This document shows, one piece after another, positions 28,077-37,298 of a DNA stretch of 64,000 nt. The DNA is from an uncultured Bacteriovoracaceae bacterium (lineage in GTDB: Bacteria; Bdellovibrionota; UBA2428), in assembly GCA_964609695.1 (NCBI GenBank), contig CAZSSP010000005.1:69345-133344 (forward strand), in the 5' to 3' direction. Made by a program: the position numbers and the translations under genes. The notes beneath the pieces were generated by a model, which did not search any database, was not told the DNA's origin, and saw nothing but the letters and a program-made list of their open reading frames with translations. Position 1 is the stretch's first letter. Each line of letters opens with the position of its first letter.

Positions 28077-29456
28077 TTAGATCATCGCGCGCCAAGCATC
28101 GAAATTACGCTGGCCACGAGTGACGAGCTTAGATCTCTTTTGTTTATCGCGCTCATCTATTCCATTAAGCGGAACTAAACCCCAGTTGATATTCATAGGC
28201 TGAAAATTTTTCACATTTCCATTCACAATGGCATTCACCAAGGCACCCAATGCCGTTGTCGCAGGAGGCGCGGGAATTTCAGTGTTCATTTTAAATCTAT
28301 AAGCTAAGAGTGCTCCCACATAAGCGCCAATGGCGGTGCTTTCCAAATATCCCTCTACACCAGTGATTTGCCCGGCAAAATGAATCAAAGGAAATTTTTT
28401 CAAACGAAATTGCGGATCCAAAAGTGTTGGAGAATGGATATAAGTATTACGGTGAAGACTTCCCATTCGATAAAAATTGGCGTTTTCCAAACCAGGAATC
28501 ATCGAAAAAACTTTTTTCTGCTCGGGATACTTCATCTTCGTTTGAAAACCCACGATATTCCAAGCGCGCCCTTCTCGATCTTCACTTCTCAATTGCACGG
28601 CCGCAAAGGGTTCAGAATTTGTGCGTGGATCAACAAGCCCCTTGGGTTTCATCGGTCCATGCGCCAGTGTTAACGGGCCCGTTTCAAGCATGGCTTCTAT
28701 AGGTTGACAGCCCTGAAAATAAATTAATTTTTCAAAATCTTTGGCTTCAACTTTTTCAGCCGCACCCAGTGCTTCTATAAATTTAAAATATTCTTCTTTA
28801 TTAAAAGGGCAATTGAGATAATCGCCTTCTTGATCTTGTTGTCCGCGCTCTAATTGATATCGATTTTGAGCAAAAGCAATGTCTCGATTGATGCTCGCGC
28901 CTTCAACGATGGGAGCTATGGCATCGTAAAAATATAATTTTTTTCCTGTGAGATCACCAAAGCTATCAGCCAAAGTCTGGCCTGTGAGGGGTCCTGTTGC
29001 AAATACGACAGGCCGCAATCCTTGAGGACCCGAAACTAAAACTTCCTCATAATGCTCCACCGAATCTCGAATAATTTCTACGCGTGAATGCTTTTCTAAT
29101 TTTTGCGTGATTTCTTGACTAAAAGCCTCACGATCAACAGCGAGCGCATTACCGGCGGGCACTTGATGCTTCATCGCTGATTTTAAAATTAATGAATTTA
29201 ATTTTTCTAGATCACTTTTTAGAAGTGCAGGAGCAGACTCAGAATCTGTGGATTTTAAACTATTGCTACAAACCAATTCCGCAAAACGATCTGTTTTGTG
29301 AGCCTCTGTACTTTTCACGGGGCGCTGTTCAATGATGCAAACTTGAATTCCACGTTCGGCCAATTGCCAAGCGCATTCCGAACCAGCCAGTCCCCCGCCT
29401 ACGATGACGACTCTAGCTGAACTGTTACGAAGGCTGTTGGAAATCCCTTTGCTCAT
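28077..29456 (-). CDS. trmFO: Methylenetetrahydrofolate--tRNA-(uracil-5-)-methyltransferase TrmFO
   Basis: FAD motif VVIVGGGLAGSECAWQLAERG. CSNSLKS, FAGQITGVEGYLESTA. I trimmed the start to ATG 29456 because the track's 46-aa extension overlaps the divergent gene. Confidence 0.9.
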   Translation of the reverse strand: MSKGISNSLRNSSARVVIVGGGLAGSECAWQLAERGIQVCIIEQRPVKSTEAHKTDRFAELVCSNSLKSTDSESAPALLKSDLEKLNSLILKSAMKHQVPAGNALAVDREAFSQEITQKLEKHSRVEIIRDSVEHYEEVLVSGPQGLRPVVFATGPLTGQTLADSFGDLTGKKLYFYDAIAPIVEGASINRDIAFAQNRYQLERGQQDQEGDYLNCPFNKEEYFKFIEALGAAEKVEAKDFEKLIYFQGCQPIEAMLETGPLTLAHGPMKPKGLVDPRTNSEPFAAVQLRSEDREGRAWNIVGFQTKMKYPEQKKVFSMIPGLENANFYRMGSLHRNTYIHSPTLLDPQFRLKKFPLIHFAGQITGVEGYLESTAIGAYVGALLAYRFKMNTEIPAPPATTALGALVNAIVNGNVKNFQPMNINWGLVPLNGIDERDKQKRSKLVTRGQRNFDAWRAMI

Positions 29457-29511
29457 TTTTTTACTTAGAAGGCTTGAACTTTTATTATGCTCCGTGTAAA
29501 AGGTCAAGACT

Positions 29512-30414
29512 ATGTTTAAGCTAGGGGCATCAGCGAGATATCTACTTGTATTTGTTGGTATCTTTATAATGACTAAGATCCTAGTAACCTTCACTGTTCA
29601 ACAAATTCTCATGTTATTTTTCCCAATTGAGCAAATTCCAGCGTTGCTGGGACAACAAGAAGCCGTGTTTCAGTCTCTGGCATTGGCGGCGGGACTTTTT
29701 TGCTCCTCGGTTTATGAATCAAATTTAAAAAGCGTCAAAGCCGCCATCATAAAATTTTTTAAAAGTCCCTGGGGCAACGAAGAACTCATGGGCAAGATTA
29801 TGAGTTCCTCATTTTATGGATTTTTATTTGCATGCTGTATTATTGCCGTTTCCATTTTCTTTGGATTTGTAAAAATTGAAGCTCCCTCAATGGCTAGCAC
29901 TCAATTTCTGAGAATAATTCCAACCCTAATCCTGCAAAGTCTTTTTTTTCTCATCTGGATAGTCATTTTAGAAAGAACAAGACAGTTGCTCATACCCTTA
30001 CTTTTTCAAAGCATCGCGACGGGTTGGAGCCTAATTATTTATTGCGGATTTGAATCTCAACTTCTCTATTCGTTTTACGAAAGCATCACTCCTCCAGCGG
30101 CCTTTTCCCCTATTAAAATTATTTTCTGTATCTTTTTATCATTGGCATTGAATTTGAGTTATTTACACAACTTAAAATTTTATCCTCATCGAAGATACAA
30201 AAGTGCAGTTAGAACTTCTTTTCTATGCGGATTATGGTTTAGCTTCATTCACGTATTTGGCCAAAACATCGCCGAGTGGAGAGCCGCTTCACTTATGCAA
30301 ATTCTTCAAGGTCCGCTTCAAATGAACCAAGCCTACCTCTATTTAACTCTCTTGATACTTCTCACTAACACCATGCTTCAGGGTCTACTCAAAGAAAAAG
30401 TCATTCAAACATAA
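29512..30414 (+). CDS. Hypothetical polytopic membrane protein
   Basis: 300 aa, about 8 hydrophobic segments. No convincing family motif; the CPBP motifs are not satisfied. Confidence 0.55.
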   Translation: MFKLGASARYLLVFVGIFIMTKILVTFTVQQILMLFFPIEQIPALLGQQEAVFQSLALAAGLFCSSVYESNLKSVKAAIIKFFKSPWGNEELMGKIMSSSFYGFLFACCIIAVSIFFGFVKIEAPSMASTQFLRIIPTLILQSLFFLIWIVILERTRQLLIPLLFQSIATGWSLIIYCGFESQLLYSFYESITPPAAFSPIKIIFCIFLSLALNLSYLHNLKFYPHRRYKSAVRTSFLCGLWFSFIHVFGQNIAEWRAASLMQILQGPLQMNQAYLYLTLLILLTNTMLQGLLKEKVIQT

Positions 30415-30466
30415 GTCGCAAAGAGTCTTGGTCATCTTATGGACGTTTGAGATTTGCCTCGATAGA

Positions 30467-31159
30467 ATGCATTCTATGGAATTATCAGCACTTTCTATTG
30501 CCGCAGGCACAGGCCCCGTTGTTAAACTTGTTCTATTAATTTTAATAGGCAGTTCAGTTTTATCCTGGACAATTATTTTTGCAAAATGGAGCACCTTCCG
30601 GCAAGCCACTCAACAAACCAATAATTTTATGGATTTGTTTTGGACTGGGAAATCACTCGATAATATTTTTTCAGAAACTAAAAACCTTACGGCTAGTCAC
30701 GTATCTAATGCTTTCCGTTCGGCTTACCAAGAATTTCAAAAGCTTTCGGCTAAAAGTAAAGAAAATCCTGAGACCAGCAACCAAGTTATCAATCAAGGAA
30801 TAGAAAACGTTCAGCGAGCACTAAAGAGGGCTTCCGCAAAAGAAATTCTTCGACTCGAAAAACTTCTTCCTTATTTAGCCACTATCGCTTCTGTAGCGCC
30901 TTTTATTGGTCTTTTTGGAACCGTATGGGGAATCATGGACAGTTTCCGCGCTCTAGGCGCGGGAGGCCCCGCCACTCTTCAACGTGTTGCCCCTGGTATT
31001 TCCGAAGCCCTTATTGCGACCGCGGTTGGACTTGCCGCCGCGATTCCCGCTGTTATTTTTTACAATCAATTCATCAGTCGCTTGAGAATTTATAGAAATG
31101 ATCTCGATGGATTTAATGCTGATTTCACAAACATTTTAAAAAGAAGTTACATAGGTTAA
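30467..31159 (+). CDS. tolQ: Tol-Pal system protein TolQ (MotA/TolQ/ExbB proton channel)
   Basis: LATIASVAPFIGLFGTVWGIM..F and PGISEALIATAVGLAAAIPAVIFYN. Start taken at ATG 30467 (the track uses TTG 30428). Confidence 0.9.
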   Translation: MHSMELSALSIAAGTGPVVKLVLLILIGSSVLSWTIIFAKWSTFRQATQQTNNFMDLFWTGKSLDNIFSETKNLTASHVSNAFRSAYQEFQKLSAKSKENPETSNQVINQGIENVQRALKRASAKEILRLEKLLPYLATIASVAPFIGLFGTVWGIMDSFRALGAGGPATLQRVAPGISEALIATAVGLAAAIPAVIFYNQFISRLRIYRNDLDGFNADFTNILKRSYIG

Positions 31160-31162
31160 TCG

Positions 31163-31597
31163 ATGGCATTTAATGTTTCAGGTGGAGATGACGACTTAGA
31201 CCAAGGGCCCATGCCAATGGCCGAAATCAACATCATACCGCTAGTAGACGTCATGCTTGTGATGCTCATCATCACCATGATCACTAGCCCATTTCTGGAG
31301 GTTGGTGTCGACGTCAACCTCCCCGTGGCCGAAGGTAAAAATTTAAGAAGCGAACAGTTTCAAGAAGAAACCATTACTATTTTTGTTTCTAAAGATCGCA
31401 ATATCAAAATAGGGTCTACACCTGTTAGAAAAGTTGACCTCGACACTAAACTAAAAAGTGTTTTTAAAAACCGACAAAGCAAAGAAGTTTTCGTCAAAGC
31501 CGATCGCGAAGTTCCTTACGGTTTTGTAGCTGAAATCATGACTCAAGTTCAAGCTGCCGGAATTCAACGCGTGGGATTGGTCACGCAACCAGAGTAG
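31163..31597 (+). CDS. tolR: Tol-Pal system protein TolR (ExbD/TolR family)
   Basis: 144 aa. MAEINIIPLVDVMLVMLIITM with the conserved Asp. Periplasmic domain ..VFVKADREVPYGFVAEIM. Confidence 0.9.
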   Translation: MAFNVSGGDDDLDQGPMPMAEINIIPLVDVMLVMLIITMITSPFLEVGVDVNLPVAEGKNLRSEQFQEETITIFVSKDRNIKIGSTPVRKVDLDTKLKSVFKNRQSKEVFVKADREVPYGFVAEIMTQVQAAGIQRVGLVTQPE

Positions 31598-31599
31598 AG

Positions 31600-32475
31600 A
31601 TGGATGATCCTCGCTTCATTACGCACTTAGAAGAGTCCTCTAGGGAAAAAACAGCGCCGGTTGTTGATGCTGCAAAAATCTTACAAGTCAGAGTACTCCC
31701 CAATTATTTCAAAGAAGGTTTTCGCCTTTCCATCATTATTCATCTAAGTCTTTTAATGTTTGCTATATTAGGAAGCGCTATTCGTTCACTAGTATTTAGC
31801 CCTGAAGATTTAAAAAAATTAACTGAACAAGAAATGAAAACAGCCATTCGAGTGGATGTTCTTGATTTACCCAATCAAAAACTCAGTGAATTGCAAGACG
31901 TTGACCTCAGCAAAGAGGCAGCCCCAACTCAAGACATACCAGAAGCTGAAGACGATAAAGATAAAATGGTTCTAGAAAAGAAAGAGGAAGAAAAAAAATC
32001 AGAAGTTGCCAATAAAGTCTCTGCTAAAAAAAGACTGGAACAACTTAGAGACGAGCTGCGTGCTGATGCCAAAAGAAAAGCCCTCATGGATAAACTTAAA
32101 AAAGAACAAGCAGGCGCCCTCAAAAACAAGCGCCAAGCTTTGGCTGGAAATAAACTTTCCGAAGGATATTCCTTAACAGGAGACGTGGCCCGGGATGGTG
32201 ATGTCCATGCAGGTAAAGTTAAAAACCATCTCTATCGTTATTGGAAAGTTCCTGGATGGATGATGTCATCAAAACAATTTCACACTGAAATAGTTGTTAA
32301 ACTCGGTCCCAATGGTGAGGTTTTGTCGCAGAGTCTTCGTAAAAGTAGTGGCAATTCTGAATATGATCAATACGCAATGGAAGCAATCCAGGCAGCCGAT
32401 CCTTTTCCAGCTCCGCCTGAATCGCTTAGAAGAATTTATCTTGAGGAGGGTATGTTATGTGCGTTTCCAGAATAA
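31600..32475 (+). CDS. tolA: TolA-like protein (TM anchor, Lys/Glu-rich helix, TonB_C/TolA C-terminal domain)
   Basis: 291 aa. TM segment LSIIIHLSLLMFAILGSAI. Charged region EKKEEEKKSEVANK..RADAKRKALMDKLKKEQ. C-terminus YWKVP..TEIVVKLGPNGEVLSQSLRKSSGNSEYDQYAMEAI. Position between tolR and tolB. Confidence 0.8.
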   Translation: MDDPRFITHLEESSREKTAPVVDAAKILQVRVLPNYFKEGFRLSIIIHLSLLMFAILGSAIRSLVFSPEDLKKLTEQEMKTAIRVDVLDLPNQKLSELQDVDLSKEAAPTQDIPEAEDDKDKMVLEKKEEEKKSEVANKVSAKKRLEQLRDELRADAKRKALMDKLKKEQAGALKNKRQALAGNKLSEGYSLTGDVARDGDVHAGKVKNHLYRYWKVPGWMMSSKQFHTEIVVKLGPNGEVLSQSLRKSSGNSEYDQYAMEAIQAADPFPAPPESLRRIYLEEGMLCAFPE

Positions 32476-33929
32476 TAAATAAAAATCTTGTCTGTTTTCT
32501 TTTTTTTGCTTTTAGCGTTTCAATTTTAAGAGCCCAAGAAGTCTCAAGCGACAGCTCACCTGCTCCTGCATCTACAACGGCGCCCACACCTAACTCAAAC
32601 GCTGCACCAGTCACCAATAACGCTGGAGTAGGTTCCGACACTAGCGCAGCAACTGCAGCTTCAAACTCTTCAGCCCCTCGAATATACATTCCAGTGGGTC
32701 AACCCAATCTTAAGAAAATACTTTTAGCTATTGAACCCACAGTGGGCCCCGCAAAAGAAGCTACAGCTTTTTATCAAACTCTTTTTAACGACATGGAATT
32801 TACAGATCTCTTTGCCATGGTTCCCGAAAAAGAACTCCAAAAAAGTGGTGGATTAACTTTAGGCTCCTTTAACTTCAATGCTTACAGAGCCCAAGGTGTC
32901 GAATTCCTCATAAAAAGTGCTCTTAGAATTAATGGGAAAAAAAATCTCGAAGCAGAACTTCGTCTTTACGATGTGTCCAGAGGTATTCAGATTTTAGGTA
33001 GAATTTACCCCTTTGTTTCCGTCTCTTCGGAACCTGCACGAGAATTGGCCCATTTCACAGGAAACGACATCATGAAAACGCTCACAGGAGAAGATGGAAT
33101 TTTCAGAACTCGAATCATAATGAGCTGCGGTAGCAAACGAAAAGAAATTTTCATCATGGATTTTGATGGCAACAACATCAAACAATTAACGAATGATGGT
33201 AACTTTGCACTATCACCTTCGTGGGGCCCCGATGGTCGAAAAATTGTTTTCACATCTTACCGCCCCCCCGTCAAAGGTGCCATGCTCAATCCAAACCTGT
33301 ATTTGTATGACTTAGTCAAAAGTACCCGAAGCGTACTCACTGCAGCTCGAGGTATTAACTCGGGTGCTGATTTTCACCCTAACGGAGATAAAATTGCATA
33401 CACCTTTTCACAAAATGGAAAACCTGAAATTTATATCCTCGATTTAAATACAAACGTAAGAAAACCTTTCACAAAAACACAATTTTTCAGCGTTGAACCC
33501 GATTGGTCTCCCGATGGAACAAAATTAGCTTATTCGAGTAGCCTCACAGGTCGCCCACATATTTACGTGGCCAATGCCGATGCTTCGGGAATCCCGGTCC
33601 AACTCACTAAAGTTGGGGTTTACAACAGTTCTCCACGATGGAATCCCAAAGGCACACGCATCGCCTTTTCTGGCCAAGAAAACATGGCCAATAATTTCAA
33701 TATTTTTCTAATCGATCCCAATGGCTCAAATCTAGTGAGACTTACGGATGGTTTAAAATCGAGTGAGAACCCTAGCTTTAGTCCTGATGGACGCCATATT
33801 GTTTTTTCGAGCAATAGAGATGGAAACTATCGATTATACGTGATGACTGAGCAGGGAACGAATATCCGCCCCCTATCGCCTCAAAAATTAGGGGATTGTA
33901 AACAGCCCGCATGGTCGCCGCGATTGTAA
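32457..33929 (+). CDS. tolB: Tol-Pal system beta-propeller protein TolB
   Basis: 490 aa with a signal peptide. Repeated PSWGPDGRKIVFTS, PDWSPDGTKLAYSS, PRWNPKGTRIAFSG and PSFSPDGRHIVFSSNRDGNYRLYVM blades. Unusual S/T/A/P-rich linker after the signal peptide. Confidence 0.92.
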   Translation: MCVSRIINKNLVCFLFFAFSVSILRAQEVSSDSSPAPASTTAPTPNSNAAPVTNNAGVGSDTSAATAASNSSAPRIYIPVGQPNLKKILLAIEPTVGPAKEATAFYQTLFNDMEFTDLFAMVPEKELQKSGGLTLGSFNFNAYRAQGVEFLIKSALRINGKKNLEAELRLYDVSRGIQILGRIYPFVSVSSEPARELAHFTGNDIMKTLTGEDGIFRTRIIMSCGSKRKEIFIMDFDGNNIKQLTNDGNFALSPSWGPDGRKIVFTSYRPPVKGAMLNPNLYLYDLVKSTRSVLTAARGINSGADFHPNGDKIAYTFSQNGKPEIYILDLNTNVRKPFTKTQFFSVEPDWSPDGTKLAYSSSLTGRPHIYVANADASGIPVQLTKVGVYNSSPRWNPKGTRIAFSGQENMANNFNIFLIDPNGSNLVRLTDGLKSSENPSFSPDGRHIVFSSNRDGNYRLYVMTEQGTNIRPLSPQKLGDCKQPAWSPRL

Positions 33930-33968
33930 GACTAGCCCAGTTCTTACAAATAAGATAAGGTCAGCCCC

Positions 33969-34184
33969 ATGATCGATGCGGATCTAAAAAAACTTGAACA
34001 ATTGGCCAAAGAACTTGAAGGCACTGATTTACCACTCGAAGAAAGTTTGAAAAAATTTAACGAAGGGGTGGAATTAGTTCGAAAGTGTTCAAAATCTATG
34101 AACGAAGCTGAACTAAAAATTAAAGAAATTCTCGAAAAAGACAATGGAGCTTTTAGCGAAAAGGCGCTTGATGACTCCAAGTGA
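33969..34184 (+). CDS. xseB: Exodeoxyribonuclease VII small subunit
   Basis: 71 aa. LEESLKKFNEGVELVRKCSKSMNEAELKIKEI. Classical position upstream of ispA. Confidence 0.85.
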   Translation: MIDADLKKLEQLAKELEGTDLPLEESLKKFNEGVELVRKCSKSMNEAELKIKEILEKDNGAFSEKALDDSK

Positions 34185-34998
34185 TTTCTTTTTTGCACAG
34201 CAGACCATAGAAAGTCGCGCGCAAGATATTCTAAAAAAACTTAATTGGCACAAGGAACTCTACGATCACGCCCTTTATGCTTTGAGAGGCGGCAAAGCCG
34301 TGCGCCCCACGCTTATGTTTTGGATTGCAAAACAATGGGGACACAAATCTCCCTCTGAAAATTTAATTTTAGCGGCTCTCGGTCTTGAAATGATTCATGC
34401 CTATTCGCTGATTCACGACGACCTTCCCTGTATGGATAATGACGATTTTAGAAGAAATCGTCCCACTCTCCATCGGCTCATGGGAGAAGCACCTGCGCTT
34501 TTATTAGGAGACTCGTTATTAACAGGAGCCTTTGAAATTCTCTCCCAATGCACACTTGAAGCCCCCGACACCCTTTCCCTAATAAAGGAATTAAGCTTTG
34601 CTTCAGGAGCCGCCCAATTAGTGGCCGGTCAACTAGACGATCTCAAATTTGAAAAAAATCTAAACACAAGTTTAGAAACATTCCACGATATCCATCGCCG
34701 AAAAACTGGAGCTCTTTTTGGTGCTGTTTGCACAATGAGCTATTTCGCTATTAAACCCTCGCACGTCGACAAATCACAATTAGACGAACTCAAAAATTGG
34801 GGCGTCGATTTAGGAATTATCTTTCAATACATTGATGACTTGCTCGACAACGGAACGCTCCTCCAAAAATTAGGACGTGATGAACTCCTAAACAAATGCC
34901 ATCAACTCTCAGAAAGCCTCATCCAAAGATCCTCCCAATTTTGGAATTCCAAAGAATGCCAAAATCTCCTTGAATATTTTCTCAAAAGACAGTTGTGA
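34144..34998 (+). CDS. ispA: Polyprenyl (farnesyl/geranyl) diphosphate synthase
   Basis: FARM LIHDDLPCMDNDDFRRNRPT and SARM FQYIDDLLD. The alternative start ATG 34171 would reduce the overlap with xseB. Confidence 0.9.
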   Translation: MELLAKRRLMTPSDFFFAQQTIESRAQDILKKLNWHKELYDHALYALRGGKAVRPTLMFWIAKQWGHKSPSENLILAALGLEMIHAYSLIHDDLPCMDNDDFRRNRPTLHRLMGEAPALLLGDSLLTGAFEILSQCTLEAPDTLSLIKELSFASGAAQLVAGQLDDLKFEKNLNTSLETFHDIHRRKTGALFGAVCTMSYFAIKPSHVDKSQLDELKNWGVDLGIIFQYIDDLLDNGTLLQKLGRDELLNKCHQLSESLIQRSSQFWNSKECQNLLEYFLKRQL

Positions 34999-35783
34999 AG
35001 AAAAATAAAATTCGAGCCGACGAGGCCCTTGTATTACAAAAACTTGTTGAAAATCGTAGCAAAGCCCAAGCCCTCATCATGCAAGGTAAAGTTTTTAAAT
35101 GGGACGAAAGACAAAATAAAAATGTTAAAGTTGAAAAGGCGGGTCAAGCCGTCCAAATTGAGGACAAATTTGAAATAGAAAATCCCTTTCCCCTAGATGT
35201 AGGTCGAGGGGCTTTAAAATTAAGAGCCGCTTTTAATTTTTGGCCTGAACTTAAAACTCATACGGAAAAGGCTCTGGCTCTCGATATTGGAGCGAGCACT
35301 GGAGGATTCACTCAAGTTCTACTAGAAAACGGTGCTCAAAAAGTTGTCGCTCTCGACGTTGGACGCAACCAATTGCACGAACGCCTCAAGAGCGATCCTC
35401 GGGTCCTCAATCTTGAAAAAACTCATATCCTTGAAGTTCAAGAAAGCCTCTGGACTGATCATCAAATACAAATTCCATTCGATATTATCGTGAGCGATCT
35501 TTCATTTATCTCACTGAAAAATATCATACCCAAAGCTTTTCCATGGCTCAAAAAGGGTGGACGCTGGCTTTTACTGGTCAAACCGCAATTCGAACTCGAT
35601 GCTAAAAAAGTTCCCAAGGGTGTTGTTAAGAAAGATGAAGATCGCATTTTAGCCCTCAATAAAATTCTTAATGTAGTTCAGGAACAAAGCGAGATTCTTG
35701 ATTATGAGCATCAAGAATGCCCAATTGCTGGGGGCGAAGGCAATCGTGAATTTTTACTGATCTTAAGAAAAAAGTCATTTTAA
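34995..35783 (+). CDS. tlyA: TlyA family rRNA (cytidine-2'-O)-methyltransferase
   Basis: 262 aa, GTG start. S4 domain RADEALVLQKLVENRSKAQALIMQGKV. SAM site ALDIGASTGGFTQVLLENGAQKVVALDVG. Confidence 0.9.
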   Translation: MKKNKIRADEALVLQKLVENRSKAQALIMQGKVFKWDERQNKNVKVEKAGQAVQIEDKFEIENPFPLDVGRGALKLRAAFNFWPELKTHTEKALALDIGASTGGFTQVLLENGAQKVVALDVGRNQLHERLKSDPRVLNLEKTHILEVQESLWTDHQIQIPFDIIVSDLSFISLKNIIPKAFPWLKKGGRWLLLVKPQFELDAKKVPKGVVKKDEDRILALNKILNVVQEQSEILDYEHQECPIAGGEGNREFLLILRKKSF

Positions 35784-35816
35784 CTTAAGATCAAGCCCGG
35801 CTATAATCTAGGCTTC

Positions 35817-36782
35817 ATGTCGTTTAAAAAAATTGTATTCATCTTCTTTAGCGGGCTTCTTATAAGTTCTTGTGCGAGTAAAAAAACTATTCACTCTGAA
35901 AATGAAACTCCCACACCACAAAATTCAAGCGAGACAGAACTCATAGCACCCCACATTGAGAGCGAAGATATTCCTACAACTAACTTACCCAAAGCTATTC
36001 ATTATGGAGTCTTAATACGTGCCGTTGGTCTCGATGCCTTTGCTGCTCTTGGTTTTTTACAAGAAATGGAAAAACGAGGCCACAAAATTGATTTTATAGC
36101 TGGAACAGGATTTGGATGCTGGATAGCCAAAAACTGGGGAGCTCAGAATCGGGGAAATTTTACCGAATGGCAATCTTTTAAATTTTCTGATTGGAAATCT
36201 CTAGAATCCTCACTTTTAGATAAAGTAACCCCTCATCATGCTGTCAAAAGATTTGAAGCTTACTTATCTAAAATTTCTTCTACTCAACGAAAAAACCAAG
36301 ACAGTATCGGATGGGCTTGCCCCCTATTTCTTCTACAAAACAATCAATATTCATTCGTGAGCGGCCGAGAAATGCCTTTCACCGAAAACCTCATGAAAGA
36401 GTTAGAATTGGACATTCTAGGCTTTGGCCCCTTCGCTCAAAACCCTGACTTCAAATCGGGATCAAAATACGATTATCCCATCAATCAATGGGTAGAAAAA
36501 TTAGATAAACTTTGGACCAACGAAAGGGGCGATGAGCGCGCCTGGATTATTTTGGACACTTCTTTTTTAGTATTAGAATGGAGTCGAGTCAGTAATTCAC
36601 ATGACATTGGATTAAGCAGCAACAATCTGCGCTGGGCTCGAACAGCCGTCACTAAACTTAACAATCCCGAAGCTTCTCAAATAAAAAACTTTGACTTAAG
36701 AAGAAATTATTTATTACAAGGTAGAAATTCAGCTAAAATATTCTTTGACCATCCTCGTTACCAACAATTTTTTGCCTGGTAA
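35817..36782 (+). CDS. Patatin-like phospholipase-related lipoprotein with a degenerate active site
   Basis: 321 aa, lipobox LLISSC. YGVLIRAVGLDAFAALGFLQEMEKRGHKIDFIAGTGFGCWIA aligns by eye to the patatin G-G-x-R-G / G-x-S-x-G block. It has RAVGLD in place of the glycine loop and GTGFG in place of GTSxG. Confidence 0.45.
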   Translation: MSFKKIVFIFFSGLLISSCASKKTIHSENETPTPQNSSETELIAPHIESEDIPTTNLPKAIHYGVLIRAVGLDAFAALGFLQEMEKRGHKIDFIAGTGFGCWIAKNWGAQNRGNFTEWQSFKFSDWKSLESSLLDKVTPHHAVKRFEAYLSKISSTQRKNQDSIGWACPLFLLQNNQYSFVSGREMPFTENLMKELELDILGFGPFAQNPDFKSGSKYDYPINQWVEKLDKLWTNERGDERAWIILDTSFLVLEWSRVSNSHDIGLSSNNLRWARTAVTKLNNPEASQIKNFDLRRNYLLQGRNSAKIFFDHPRYQQFFAW

Positions 36783-36825
36783 GTAGCTTCTCCAAATGCA
36801 ATAGCCGATCTACAATAAGGGTTAT

Positions 36826-37296
36826 ATGAAAGATCATCTTAAAAAATGCTTTTTGTTTAGAAATTGGAACGATAATGAACTCACTCAGTTAGCCAAGACA
36901 TGCTTTGAACTCGAGCTCAGTATTGGTCAAACTTTATTTTTAGAAGATGACATTTCTGATTCATTGTTTGTAGTTAAAAGTGGAAGTATTAATATTGAAA
37001 AAACCACTGGAGAGAAAGACCAAATGATTGCTTGCATTGATGCGGGTTCTTACTTTGGAGAGCTAGGAATTCTTGCCGACCAACCAGGACACGACAAGCG
37101 TTCTGCTTCTGCCACTGCTAAAGAAAACACATCCGTGATTAAAATTCCTTATGCAGGTCTCTTAACTTTTATAAAATCCAACCCAATTTATGGAGCGGCT
37201 TTTTACAAAAATATTGCCGTCGCTCTATCTTTGAGAATTCAAAAAACTTCTCAAGACTTAGCCAGCCTTAAAGCCTTAAGACTCAGAAGTTTATAG
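36826..37296 (+). CDS. Stand-alone cyclic nucleotide-binding domain protein
   Basis: 156 aa. FGELGILAD..KRSASATA matches the cNMP-binding FGE...RSA signature. No attached output domain. Confidence 0.85.
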   Translation: MKDHLKKCFLFRNWNDNELTQLAKTCFELELSIGQTLFLEDDISDSLFVVKSGSINIEKTTGEKDQMIACIDAGSYFGELGILADQPGHDKRSASATAKENTSVIKIPYAGLLTFIKSNPIYGAAFYKNIAVALSLRIQKTSQDLASLKALRLRSL

Positions 37297-37298
37297 AC

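Noticed and set aside
29457-29594. A 46-aa extension of the TrmFO ORF (MKVTRILVIIKIPTNTSRY...).
   Set aside because: It has no homology-like sequence and overlaps the divergent membrane-protein gene. The FAD-binding fold starts right after ATG 29456.
29512-30414. A possible CPBP (CAAX-type) intramembrane protease assignment for the 300-aa membrane protein, based on FSFIH (FxxxH).
   Set aside because: The EExxxR motif is absent (it reads LERTRQ), and the HxxxN/D motif is mis-spaced. I left it as a hypothetical membrane protein.
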